DNA of 63,836 bases, counting the filler, from Limisphaerales bacterium (GTDB lineage Bacteria; Verrucomicrobiota; Verrucomicrobiia; Limisphaerales; SIBE01): the NCBI GenBank assembly GCA_044225505.1. It is 3 parts of 3 records of this genome, joined end to end, with 100 filler letters (N's around TTAATTAATTAA, not from the genome) between each part and the next. Parts side by side here need not be neighbours in the genome. Positions count along the whole stretch, not along the records: positions 1 to 22,983 come from JBGAIN010000137.1; 2 more parts are not named here. One strand, given 5' to 3'. The notes beneath the pieces are model-generated. The model did no database searches, had not been told where the DNA came from, and was given only the letters and a program-made list of their open reading frames with translations. The position numbers and the translations under genes are program-made. Positions 12,536 through 22,482 of the stretch are shown here, piece by piece (within the stretch, counting starts at the first letter, position 1; each line of letters starts with the position of its first letter).

Positions 12536-15500
12536 TTACAAATGTTCCAGCCGTATACGATTGCCCAGCGGTCGGTCCGTAGCCGTGCGTCAGCTGTATG
12601 GCCAGAGTCCCGTTCAAACTTGCCTCGCCGTCCACCAGCAGCTTGCCTGACTGGCCACTCGATGGAGAACCGCTGATCTGGACACCCAGAGTTCCCTGGG
12701 CTGCCTGAACGAAATTGCCGGTCACTTCCAATGTGCCCGCAGGCCCGAGAATTAAGTTCCCGGAGTTGCTAACGTCGCCGGCTGTTTTGAAGCTAGCGGC
12801 CTCGACGGTGAAAGAGCCTTGGTTATCTTTTAGTCCGTTGAACTGCGGGAACGCGGAACCGTTTCCGACCACCACCACAGTGCCTTGGTTCGTCGTTAAA
12901 TTACCCGCTGAAGGAATACTCAAGGTCGCGCCGCCGAGGGCCTTCCAACTTCCCCCAGTAAGGGTCGCCTGCGAGACTTGGGCGACTGAGCCATCCAGAA
13001 TAAGTTGGCCGCTTTCCGACACCATCGCTCCCGTATTGTCGACGGCGACTCGCAAACGCGCCGTGCCCGTCCCGCCTGACTTGACAAAATCGCCCGCATT
13101 CGAGATCAATCCGCCGCCGCCGCCGACAAAGAACGCGTTGTCATTGTCGGTTCTCAATTCATACGTGGCGCCGGGAGCGTTTCGAATCGTCCCATTGACC
13201 AGGTTCACCCGGCCGCCTGTATGAAGGACCGTTCCCCGATTGTCCAGGGTTCCCGGGTTGCCAATGACATGATCATTGCCGGTGGCAATTGTAATCGTCC
13301 CGGCATTCGTCACGGTCCCTTCCATCGAACCGCCGTTCCACTGGAAAAGCTGGCCAGGAAAGTTCAAGGTGACTCCGTCCTGCCCAACTCGCAGGCTCCC
13401 GCCCGAATTCAGCTGAATCGAACCGTTCCCAGATCCGGTCAGGTTCCCGGAAATCGTCGTCGTGACCCCGCGCGCCAACTCCAAAACTGTGCCCGTGGCC
13501 GCGGAGAAAGTGCTGCCCTGCAAACTACCTCCAGCACCGAGGGCCATCGCGCCAGTGTAAACATCAATAGACGCTGATGATCCGCTATTGATGGGCACGC
13601 GCAAGTTGGAGAGTCCATCACCACCGGTCTTGCGCAGCGTCCCCGAATTGTTAAATACTCCCCCACCCCCGCCGACAAGAAGCACGTTGTCATTGCTGGT
13701 CTGAATATCATACACACCCGAGTTGTTGATGGTGCCGTTGACGAAATTCAATCGACCGCCCGACTGCACGATCGTGCCTTGGTTCTCGATGACAGCGGGA
13801 TTCCCGAGCACATGGTCATTCCCAGTCGAGATGTTTAGAGTGCCTAGATTGGTCAGGGTCCCTTCGATCGCACCTCCGTTCCATTGAAAAAAGGAACCGG
13901 GAAAGTTGAAAGTGGTGCCATCCCCGCCCATGCGAAGGGCTCCATTGGGATTCAGTTGGACGGTCCCGGCACCCGAACCCGAGTACGTGCCCGCGAGCGT
14001 CGAGGTTCCACCCCGCGCGAGTTCGAGAATTGCGCCTTCCGCCACGGAGAAGGTGCCTCCTTGCGAGACGCCGCTAGTGAGGGCTAACGACCCAACCGTC
14101 ACCTCAATGACCGCCGTGGCCGCATTGTTGAAAGAAACGCGCACCGTGGAAAGCTCACCCCCAGCCGACTTGCGGACGGTCCCGGAATTGTTGAACTCCC
14201 CCCCACCGCCGCCTACGAAAAGCACGTTATCGTTGTTCGTTTGGATCTCGTAAACACCACTGCTCTGATTGTTGATCGTGCCGTTCACCAAGTTGACACG
14301 CCCTCCGGTCTGGAGAATCACACCTTCGTTATTGAGCACGGCAGGATTGCCTAAGACATGATCATTGGACGTCGCGACTGTAAGCATTCCAAGATTGGTT
14401 AGCGTCCCCGTGATCGTCCCCCCGTTCCACTGGAACAACCCAGTAGGAAAATCAAAGGTCATGCCGGTCTTCCCGGCCGCCAGTGATCCGTTAGGATTCA
14501 ACTCCACGATGCCTTGGCCTGAGCCTGTGTAATTGCCTGACAAACTCAGCCCCCCGCCCCGCGCCAGATCGATCACCGCGTTGTTGCGGAGTTCAAACGT
14601 CCCGCCCGACCACGTTCCTGCAGTAAAAGCCAGCGTCCCTGATTCCGCCCGTAGAATGCCCCCAGCCGAATTGTCCAGCGCTACCCGAAGGGTTGAAATC
14701 CCGTTGTCCGCAGATTTGTAGATCAAACCGGCGTTGTTGAAGACGCCACTTCCCCCTCCCGCAAAAACCACGTTGTCGTTTGTGGTCTGGATTTCAAATC
14801 GCCCCTTTTCGGTATTATTAATCGTCCCGTTGACCAAACTGATTCGTCCTCCTTTCTGAAGGATGGTTCCAAGATTGGTCAGCGATCCAGGATTGCCGAT
14901 CACGTGATCTCCGCCGACAATCGTGATCTCACCGGAGTTAGTAAAGGCCCCTGCCAGCGCCCCTCCGCTCCACCGAAACATTCCGGTAGGGAAGGCGAAG
15001 TTGGCTCCGCCATCCGCTGCGGAAAGCGTTCCATCGTTCAGTTGCACCGTCCCGGCCCCGGTGCCGGTGAACAACCCGACATACGTTAGGGTTGTCCCAC
15101 GGGCCAACTCGACAACGCCACTCGCCCCAACCTGAAAGGTGCCATCATGGAATGTGCCCCCACCGGCAAAGGCCAAAACTGCTTTGTCGCTCGAAATAAT
15201 CCCGGCGTTATTATTGACCGGAATCCGCAGATAGCTCAGACCCTCGCCATCGGTCTTGGAAATGGTTCCTGCGTTGGTAAAGAGACCGGAACCGCCGCCC
15301 ACAAAGATGACGCTGTCGTTGACCGTTCGGATCTCGTAGACAGCCCCTGTTCGGTTGTCGATCACTCCGTTGACGAGCGAGACGCGACCGCCCAACTGGA
15401 TGACCCGACCTTGGTTAATGAGCGTCCCTGGGTTGCCAATGGTCCGATCTCCCCCCCCTGAGAGAGTGATGGTTCCCACGTTGGTGATGGTTCCAGCCAG

Positions 15501-16886
15501 CGATCCACCCGACCATTGAAAGACGCCAGGAGCAAACTGAAAGGTAGCGCCCGTTTCACCAGCTTGAATCGTGCCTTGGCTCAAAAGCACAGTCCCGCTG
15601 CCGGACCCGGTAAAAAGACCGGCATACGTCATGGTGACAGATTGGGCTAGTTCGATGACCCCTTTGTCACTTGTCGCGAATGTGGCCCCGTCAAACGTCC
15701 CACCCCCGCCAAACGCCAGCGTCCCGCTACTCGACTCTACCGCCCCGCCCGCCCGATTATTAAACTGCACATGAAGTAGCGACGATCCGGCTCCCGCGCT
15801 CTTTCGCACCACTCCTTCATTGTTAAAGGCCCCGCCCCCGCCTCCCACGAAAATGACGTCGTTGTTATCGGCCTGGAACTCGTAGACGCCTCCTTTTTGA
15901 TTATTGATCGTCCCATTGACGAGGCTCACACGGCCACCCGTCTCCACGATGATTCCCGAATTGGTCACGGTTGCGCCGTTCCCAATGATGTGGTCCACCC
16001 CCCCCGAAATTGTCAGTGTCCCAAGATTGGCGATGCTGCCAACCATCGCTCCCCCCGTCCACGTGCTCGTTCCGTCCAGGGTGACAGTGCCCTGGGCGGC
16101 CACCAAACTACCGTTAAGCGAGATGCCTTCGGAAATGGTCGAATCGCCATTAAGAGTTAAGCTGCTGCCGTTTGTAATCACCAACTGGCCATTGGCGATC
16201 AAGCTCTTCGCTGACGCTCCTTGACGAATGGTTACCACCGGAGTTCTCCCCGGTCGACTAATGACGACATCGTCATTGGCACCGGGCACGCTGCCCGTGC
16301 TCCAATTCGTGGCCTCATCCCAAAAACCGTCCGTATCCACAGCCCAGGTCACGGGAGTCGATTGCGCCGAAAGCTGGAGGGTCGGCGGCGGGCCGTTAGC
16401 TGCACGAAGCGAATCCACCAATTCCGAGGCGAGCGAAACATGACGAACGTCGCTGCTCACAGCCTCCCTTGGCTCGACCGGTTCCCTCACGGATTGCGGG
16501 GCTTGCGGCGCCGCCGCTATTACGCCTTCTGAAATATGACCGTTGCCAGTCGGACTCTCGTGAACTCTGGGACTCGACCCCATGCCCGCTTCGACCGTAA
16601 GCAGCGGAGGTGCGGCATCAGCAACGGGGTCGTCAGCCGCCACGGAACCCTTGATAGGGCTAGATTCCATCCCCGCGAACAGGTCGATCGCTTTTTCCGG
16701 TTCATACTCACGAGGAACCGAAGGCAGGCCAGAATGGCTCGCAACGGATATCAAGGCCTCCTGCTCGGGATGTGCCAACGCCGCTTCCGGGGCAGGAACG
16801 GGCGCCGCGGAAAGCAACACGCGTGCCTCGAGCATCTCGAGCTCAAAACGGTGCGAGCCGACCGGGCTTGTTGAAGACAGTCTCAA
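12531..16886 (-). CDS. LEPR-XLL-domain giant surface protein, N-terminal part, with ~181-aa Gly/Asn/Thr-rich beta-helix-like repeats; frameshifted relative to the distal part
   Basis: 1451-aa ORF. N-terminal 'FELEMLEARVLLS' matches the LEPR-XLL motif. 'W...GFWDEATNWSTGSVPGANDDVVI' passenger-like motif. (FQ)WxGG anchors recur every ~543-546 nt (about 16059, 15513, 14970, 14427, 13881, 13339). Confidence 0.88.
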   Translation of the reverse strand: MRLSSTSPVGSHRFELEMLEARVLLSAAPVPAPEAALAHPEQEALISVASHSGLPSVPREYEPEKAIDLFAGMESSPIKGSVAADDPVADAAPPLLTVEAGMGSSPRVHESPTGNGHISEGVIAAAPQAPQSVREPVEPREAVSSDVRHVSLASELVDSLRAANGPPPTLQLSAQSTPVTWAVDTDGFWDEATNWSTGSVPGANDDVVISRPGRTPVVTIRQGASAKSLIANGQLVITNGSSLTLNGDSTISEGISLNGSLVAAQGTVTLDGTSTWTGGAMVGSIANLGTLTISGGVDHIIGNGATVTNSGIIVETGGRVSLVNGTINNQKGGVYEFQADNNDVIFVGGGGGAFNNEGVVRKSAGAGSSLLHVQFNNRAGGAVESSSGTLAFGGGGTFDGATFATSDKGVIELAQSVTMTYAGLFTGSGSGTVLLSQGTIQAGETGATFQFAPGVFQWSGGSLAGTITNVGTITLSGGGDRTIGNPGTLINQGRVIQLGGRVSLVNGVIDNRTGAVYEIRTVNDSVIFVGGGSGLFTNAGTISKTDGEGLSYLRIPVNNNAGIISSDKAVLAFAGGGTFHDGTFQVGASGVVELARGTTLTYVGLFTGTGAGTVQLNDGTLSAADGGANFAFPTGMFRWSGGALAGAFTNSGEITIVGGDHVIGNPGSLTNLGTILQKGGRISLVNGTINNTEKGRFEIQTTNDNVVFAGGGSGVFNNAGLIYKSADNGISTLRVALDNSAGGILRAESGTLAFTAGTWSGGTFELRNNAVIDLARGGGLSLSGNYTGSGQGIVELNPNGSLAAGKTGMTFDFPTGLFQWNGGTITGTLTNLGMLTVATSNDHVLGNPAVLNNEGVILQTGGRVNLVNGTINNQSSGVYEIQTNNDNVLFVGGGGGEFNNSGTVRKSAGGELSTVRVSFNNAATAVIEVTVGSLALTSGVSQGGTFSVAEGAILELARGGTSTLAGTYSGSGAGTVQLNPNGALRMGGDGTTFNFPGSFFQWNGGAIEGTLTNLGTLNISTGNDHVLGNPAVIENQGTIVQSGGRLNFVNGTINNSGVYDIQTSNDNVLLVGGGGGVFNNSGTLRKTGGDGLSNLRVPINSGSSASIDVYTGAMALGAGGSLQGSTFSAATGTVLELARGVTTTISGNLTGSGNGSIQLNSGGSLRVGQDGVTLNFPGQLFQWNGGSMEGTVTNAGTITIATGNDHVIGNPGTLDNRGTVLHTGGRVNLVNGTIRNAPGATYELRTDNDNAFFVGGGGGLISNAGDFVKSGGTGTARLRVAVDNTGAMVSESGQLILDGSVAQVSQATLTGGSWKALGGATLSIPSAGNLTTNQGTVVVVGNGSAFPQFNGLKDNQGSFTVEAASFKTAGDVSNSGNLILGPAGTLEVTGNFVQAAQGTLGVQISGSPSSGQSGKLLVDGEASLNGTLAIQLTHGYGPTAGQSYTAGTFVS

Positions 16887-16891
16887 TTACG

Positions 16892-17548
16892 TTACGACAC
16901 AAGACGATCACGCAAAGCGTGACCGCAAGCTAGTTTCAATCGACACATGCAGCAGGAAGCACTCAAAGCGATCAAACTCCACAAACGCGGCTCGGGAACC
17001 ACCTGGATGACCGCCGGTTCAAAAACAATCCGGGCGTCCATGGACTTCCCTGAGCCATCGACAAAAATCGTTTCGCTCGCTCCCAGGGTTCGGAAAAAGC
17101 CTAGATCAACGGAGTAGGAATTGCCCGGCGTTAGAGAGCGGTCTGTGAGAAAAAAAGTCGCTACCAGGGCTCCGGAGTAGCTCTGTGGAGGCGACCCAGC
17201 GAAGTTGACCGTTCCTTTGACGCCTCCAAAACCCTCACGGGCAGCTTTCAGCGCGCCGATTCCAGCCACCCCATTGTTATCCAAAGGTGGTGCCGCCTCG
17301 ATCCCAGCGAGAGCCAACACAGCCTTGGCCGGGTCAAACTCGATGCTAACACCGTAACTGTAGAGGCCCTCCGAGGGCACGGGAGCGATTGACACGCTCA
17401 GCGGAACGACTCCACCAGGCTGGGTGAGATAGACCGCTTGATCAAAATGGACCCGAAATGTTCCCTGCCCATAGGTGCAATTGGCTCCGAGCAAAGAACA
17501 GAGGATCAGGTTCCAACGGACGTAACCACTGAAACGAATGATGGTCAC
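16892..17548 (-). CDS. Cohesin-like domain protein with PEP-CTERM sorting signal
   Basis: Signal-peptide-like N-terminus. Cohesin-like pattern 'PGGVVPLSVSI...GLYSYGVSIEFDPAK...SGALVATFFL'. C-terminal 'VVPEP' followed by a hydrophobic stretch and basic residues. Ends 5 nt before the giant gene. Confidence 0.75.
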   Translation of the reverse strand: MTIIRFSGYVRWNLILCSLLGANCTYGQGTFRVHFDQAVYLTQPGGVVPLSVSIAPVPSEGLYSYGVSIEFDPAKAVLALAGIEAAPPLDNNGVAGIGALKAAREGFGGVKGTVNFAGSPPQSYSGALVATFFLTDRSLTPGNSYSVDLGFFRTLGASETIFVDGSGKSMDARIVFEPAVIQVVPEPRLWSLIALSASCCMCRLKLACGHALRDRLVS

Positions 17549-17866
17549 AGTCTTCTGCGTTTATCCAACGACGGGGCGAACAACTCAGGCAACGACACTT
17601 CCAAGCGGCTTTAGGTATTTGGTCAAGTGCCCAACAAATGCAAGACCAATCTCGCACCGCGCCCAAGCCGTCGCCGTCTGGACTATGGTAGATCCGAATG
17701 CCCCCAATCCGAACTCGTCCAATCACTCCCAGATAACTTGACCGAATTCGTCCCACTTCTTATGCTCCCAATTAACAGTTCCGAAACCGCAAGCCAGGGA
17801 AACAGCGGCCGATCCATGAGGGGTTCAGGCGTTCCAGCAAGGTTTGTGACAACGCAATCTGCAATT

Positions 17867-20164
17867 ATGGGAAAACTCGTTTTCCTCAGAGCAGCTCTGG
17901 GAGTGGCGTTCCTCTTACAATTCGAAACGTCACACGCCAAGATTGGGTTTCCACTCTACTTCCAGGCCAGTGATCCGTCTCAGGGCGCGACCGTGGAGTA
18001 TGTCGCTCAGAGTTCGTCCGGACCGGTGAGAATCCTGCCCGGCGCTCTGATCTTTCCGCCCAATGCGTCACCGTCATTGAGTCGCCGCAGCCATGAGTCA
18101 ATCCATCCTAGCGGAGATCAACTGCGCTGGATCGGGTCAAACCCGGACGCGCTCCTGCACCCCAGCTCACCTGCGAAAGGGAAAGTCAATTATCTCGCCG
18201 GGCCGGATCCCAAGGCTTGGAAGATAGATCTTCCGACTTACGACCGAGTCCAGGTCGATCAGCTCTACCCAGGAATCGATGTCATCTACTACGGCAATCA
18301 GAACCAACTGGAATGCGATGTCATCGTGGAACCAGGAGCTGACCCTCAAGCGGTCAGCTTAAATTGGACGGGCTCCGAGCCAGCTCAGCTTGGGCCGAAC
18401 GGGGAGATCCTCCTGCCGGTTCGGTCCAACCCGGTTCGACTTTTAGCCCCTCAAATCTATCAGATGCTTGAAGGATCCCGGAAAAGAGTGCCAGGCGCTT
18501 ACCGTCTGAGCGATGGAGGGTCCCGCATCGAGTTTGTCCTTGCCGACTACGACCGGACCAGGCGTTTGGTCATCGATCCCATTGTCGTCTACGACCAGGC
18601 GCAAGGCGGGACGGCGTCCGATTACCCTAGCGCCATCGCGACCGATGCCGACGGCAATGTTTACGTGACTGGCTACACGGCCTCGACCGATTTCCCGACC
18701 ACCAGCGCTCTTCGCCAAAGCAAGAGCACGCCGCTGGGTCAACCCGACGCGTTTGTGATGAAAATGGACGCTACCGGAACGTCGCTTTTGTATGCGACCT
18801 ACCTTGGAGGAACCGTTGGACAAGTCGGTGCCAGCATCGCGGTCGACGCAGATCGCAATGCTTGGGTGGCCGGCTGGACCGGGTCGGCGGATTTCCCAAC
18901 CGTCAATCCGTTGACGACCCCTCGCGGTGGAACCACGGATGTCTTCCTGGTGAAACTCGACGCTACCGGATCCAGACTCCTCTTCTCGACATTACTAGGA
19001 GGCAGCGGGGAGGACTTCGCCGCTGGTCTAGCTTTGGATCCAGCAGGGAATGCCTACGTCACAGGAACGACCAGTTCCCCAGATCTTCCAGCGGACCTGG
19101 GCTACCAATGGGCCTTGGGCGGCGCCACGGACGCATTCATCGCCAAGGTGGATGCTACCGGAAACAAACTCCACTTCTTGTCCTACCTCGGAGGACCTGG
19201 CGCTGAACTGGCCAGCTGCATCGCCGTAACCCCAAACGGCTCGGCCGTCCTGAGCGGAACCACCTCCGGAACGGGCTTTCCACTCGCAAAGCCTCTGCAA
19301 GCCGCGCTCCGCGGCACGACCGATGTGTATGTCGCCGAGTTTACCCCGGACGGAGCGTCCCTTCGCTTCGCCACACTCTTGGGCGGCAGTCTCGATGAAT
19401 TCAGCATCGGGGTCGAGGTCGGCCCGAGGGACGACATCTGGATAACCGGAGCAACGTCCTCGAGCGATTTTCCGACACGTCACGCCTTCCAGCCTGCGCT
19501 GTATTCGGGCAACTGCCAACTTGGGGCAAGTACGATCCCGTGCTTTGACGCTTTTGTCACCCGTTTGACGTCGGACGGACAAAACTTGGTTTTCTCAACC
19601 TTCCTGGGCGGGAATGGCCTGGAGAATCCAACCGCTGCCTTGGCCGCGATTTTGACCCACTCGAGAGCTTTGGCTGTGGACAAACAGGGCTTTGCTTATG
19701 TCACAGGCATGACCACTTCCACAAACTTTCCCACGGTCAACCCCATCGAAAGCGCACTCAAAGGCAACTCGGATTTCTTCCTGACCAAGTTTCATCCCAA
19801 TGGCAACGTCATCTTCTCCACCTATGGCGGCGGCCCGGGCAACGACGCGGGAACGGGCATTGCCGCCAACGCCGCCGGCGACATGTTCCTGCTCAGCTGG
19901 ACGGAACGCGGAGGCGGAACGGGCGGCGGCGGTGGCAAGAAATCGATCGGGCGCTCCCAGAACGAAGTGCGTGTAATGCGCCTGTTTGAGTTGCCCGTCA
20001 GCGCGGCAGATCCTCCCGCGCCGTTGCTCTTTGGAAACTCCCGTTTGAATGTCCAAGGCAACTTTGAAACGCTTCTCTCGCTGAGTGGCAGATCGCGCGT
20101 TCTCGTCGAAACATCGACGAATCTGATCCAATGGACCCCACTACGTAGCTTCGACCGCCCATGA
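17867..20164 (+). CDS. Secreted SBBP-repeat (beta-propeller) protein; C-terminal sorting-like domain truncated
   Basis: Signal peptide from ATG 17867 (MGKLVFLRAALGVAFLL). N-domain 'KVNYLAGPDPKAW...LYPGIDVIYYG...IVEPGADP...LVIDP'. Repeats 'IAxDxxGNxYVTGxTxSxDFP...DAFVxK'. The ORF-track start at 17627 is probably too far upstream. Confidence 0.88.
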   Translation: MGKLVFLRAALGVAFLLQFETSHAKIGFPLYFQASDPSQGATVEYVAQSSSGPVRILPGALIFPPNASPSLSRRSHESIHPSGDQLRWIGSNPDALLHPSSPAKGKVNYLAGPDPKAWKIDLPTYDRVQVDQLYPGIDVIYYGNQNQLECDVIVEPGADPQAVSLNWTGSEPAQLGPNGEILLPVRSNPVRLLAPQIYQMLEGSRKRVPGAYRLSDGGSRIEFVLADYDRTRRLVIDPIVVYDQAQGGTASDYPSAIATDADGNVYVTGYTASTDFPTTSALRQSKSTPLGQPDAFVMKMDATGTSLLYATYLGGTVGQVGASIAVDADRNAWVAGWTGSADFPTVNPLTTPRGGTTDVFLVKLDATGSRLLFSTLLGGSGEDFAAGLALDPAGNAYVTGTTSSPDLPADLGYQWALGGATDAFIAKVDATGNKLHFLSYLGGPGAELASCIAVTPNGSAVLSGTTSGTGFPLAKPLQAALRGTTDVYVAEFTPDGASLRFATLLGGSLDEFSIGVEVGPRDDIWITGATSSSDFPTRHAFQPALYSGNCQLGASTIPCFDAFVTRLTSDGQNLVFSTFLGGNGLENPTAALAAILTHSRALAVDKQGFAYVTGMTTSTNFPTVNPIESALKGNSDFFLTKFHPNGNVIFSTYGGGPGNDAGTGIAANAAGDMFLLSWTERGGGTGGGGGKKSIGRSQNEVRVMRLFELPVSAADPPAPLLFGNSRLNVQGNFETLLSLSGRSRVLVETSTNLIQWTPLRSFDRP

Positions 20165-22350
20165 TCACGTTGCTCATCCTTACGCTCCTATCCGCGATGG
20201 TTGCGACCACAGCCGCCTCCGAATTTCCCGGGATCGCGCTGGTCCGCGGTTTTGAACGCCACAACGACGCTTTTGTGGGAGGCCCAGGCCGGATGCCCGT
20301 CACCATTCAATCCACCACGATCCGCATCGCGCGTTCGAGCCGCCCCCCCTCTCGCTCGCCAGATAAGTTGCCGGATTTTGAAACCTCGGACGGCGACCCA
20401 CAGCCAGCGGCGCTCACGCTGCGCCTGCTCCGAGCCAGCCCTTCGGCCACTCTGGAGGGCACCGAACCGCAGAAAGTCCAGGTTCACTACTTGTTGGGGA
20501 ACGATCCCACGGCTTGGCGGACCGACGTTCGGACTTATGGTGCGGTCCGATCTCGCGACGTCTACCCCGGCATTGATTGGATCCACTACCCGACCGGGAG
20601 CGGGATTGAGTTCGATTTTCTCGTTAAACCGGGAGGAGACCCGCGACGCATCCAGCTTCATGTGGAAGGCGCAGAATCCATCCACCTTGATGCCGACGGC
20701 AACGCCGTGCTGCAATGGGGCAATCGCGCGATCCGGCTGAAACGCCCGATCCTCGCCCAGAAAGGGACCGGGTCCGACATGGTTTCGGTGGCGGGTGGGT
20801 ATCAGCAGATGGACGCCACCACGCTCGGCTTCAACGTCGGCGATTACGATCCCAAGTCTCCGCTGCTCATCGACCCTGCCCTGGACTATTCCACCTTCCT
20901 GGGCGGCGACGGTGACGAATCAGGAGCTGGGATTGCCGTCGACGCACAGGGCAATGCCTACGTGACCGGATGGACGACGTCGGTTGGATTTGATCGCGGA
21001 TCCGTTTTTATTGCCAAAGTCAATTCAGCTGGGAGCAAGTTCGATTACATCAGCTTTGTCGGAGGCGACGATTTGGATCAAGCGATGGGCATCGCCGTCA
21101 ACAACGCAGGCCACGCCTTCGTTGTCGGCCACACCGCGTCCTTGGACTTCCCGGTGACAAACGCGATTCAGAACACACTTCATGGCCAGAGCGACGCCTT
21201 CGTTTTCGAGCTGAATGCGGATGGCAAACAACTCGTATTCTCCACGCTGCTTGGAGGCAACGGCAGCGAGATCGATCTCGGGTTTGGTCAAATCATTTCG
21301 AGTGGCGCGGGCATCGCGGTCGACTCGTTGAACGCCATTTACGTCACCGGTTCCACGAGTTCATCCGATTTTCCAGTAACCGCAAATGCCTTTCAACGCC
21401 AGTCTTTCAACACCAACCAATTCGCCTTCTCCGCCGATGCCTTTGTCGCCAAGTTGGCGCCCGGCGGCAAATCACTGGTCTATTCAACCTACCTCGGAGG
21501 TGCCGGCCTGGAACAGGTTATGGGAATGGCCGTCGACACGGCCGGCCAAGCGTGGATCACCGGTTCGACAGCATCCCGGGATTTCCCAACCAGGAATCCA
21601 CTCCAACGGAATTCTTACTCGACAGCCTCCGTGCCTTTTCTCAGCAAGCTCAGTGCAGACGGGGCGAGTTTGCTGTTCTCCACTTATCTCAGCGGCAGCG
21701 GTCGAGGGACCGGAATCGCCCTCGACGGATCGGGTGCCGTTTACATTACCGGCGCCACCTCCGGCGGTCTGCCGTCGACGCCAGGCGCCTTTCAACGTTC
21801 TCTCCAGAACGCGAGCAGCCAGGACGCCTTTGCCATGAAGCTCAGTGCGTCCGGTGACGAAGTCCTCTACGCGACTTATCTCGGCGGTCGCCAGGCCGAC
21901 ACCGGCTACGGCATCGCGGTGACAGGCCGGGGCGAGGCGGTCATCGTGGGATCGACCCGGTCGCATCCGGATTTCGGATTTCCCACGGGAGGTTTTCCCG
22001 CGCGCAACCCGCTCCAGCAACTCGACCAGGGTCTGGATGAAAAAGCGTTTATCGTCAAGCTCAACGCCGCTGGCGACGCCCTTTACTCCTCCCCTCTCGG
22101 CGGCGACTTTGAGGAATTCGCGCGCGCGGTGGCGATCGATGCCGCTGGCGCAGCTTACCTCACCGGAGAAACTCGCTCGTCGAACTTCCCCGTCCGCAAT
22201 CCGATTCAGCCAGGAATGACCGGGTTGGAGGCCTTTGTCACCAAAGTCGTCGATTCCAGCGACGGCAGCGCAACGCAGACGACGGTGGTGGACCAGGAGG
22301 CTCGCAGTTTCACACAGCGTTTTTATCGCGCGCGTTTGCTTTCCGAATAG
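20161..22350 (+). CDS. Secreted SBBP-repeat (beta-propeller) protein, paralog of the upstream gene
   Basis: ATGA overlap with the upstream stop. Signal peptide. Same N-domain (VYPGIDW...VKPGGDP...LLIDP) and SBBP repeats. Ends '...RFYRARLLSE'. Confidence 0.9.
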   Translation: MITLLILTLLSAMVATTAASEFPGIALVRGFERHNDAFVGGPGRMPVTIQSTTIRIARSSRPPSRSPDKLPDFETSDGDPQPAALTLRLLRASPSATLEGTEPQKVQVHYLLGNDPTAWRTDVRTYGAVRSRDVYPGIDWIHYPTGSGIEFDFLVKPGGDPRRIQLHVEGAESIHLDADGNAVLQWGNRAIRLKRPILAQKGTGSDMVSVAGGYQQMDATTLGFNVGDYDPKSPLLIDPALDYSTFLGGDGDESGAGIAVDAQGNAYVTGWTTSVGFDRGSVFIAKVNSAGSKFDYISFVGGDDLDQAMGIAVNNAGHAFVVGHTASLDFPVTNAIQNTLHGQSDAFVFELNADGKQLVFSTLLGGNGSEIDLGFGQIISSGAGIAVDSLNAIYVTGSTSSSDFPVTANAFQRQSFNTNQFAFSADAFVAKLAPGGKSLVYSTYLGGAGLEQVMGMAVDTAGQAWITGSTASRDFPTRNPLQRNSYSTASVPFLSKLSADGASLLFSTYLSGSGRGTGIALDGSGAVYITGATSGGLPSTPGAFQRSLQNASSQDAFAMKLSASGDEVLYATYLGGRQADTGYGIAVTGRGEAVIVGSTRSHPDFGFPTGGFPARNPLQQLDQGLDEKAFIVKLNAAGDALYSSPLGGDFEEFARAVAIDAAGAAYLTGETRSSNFPVRNPIQPGMTGLEAFVTKVVDSSDGSATQTTVVDQEARSFTQRFYRARLLSE

Positions 22351-22482
22351 GCGATTTGTGGCCGACTGCCCGACTGACAGGTGGTTGCTTCTCTCGCTGA
22401 AATTCACGTTCCACCTTTGCCCGCGTTGAGGAAACCTCATGCTAGAAATTTATGGCCGGTTGATTAGAGGCGCACCACGCTG

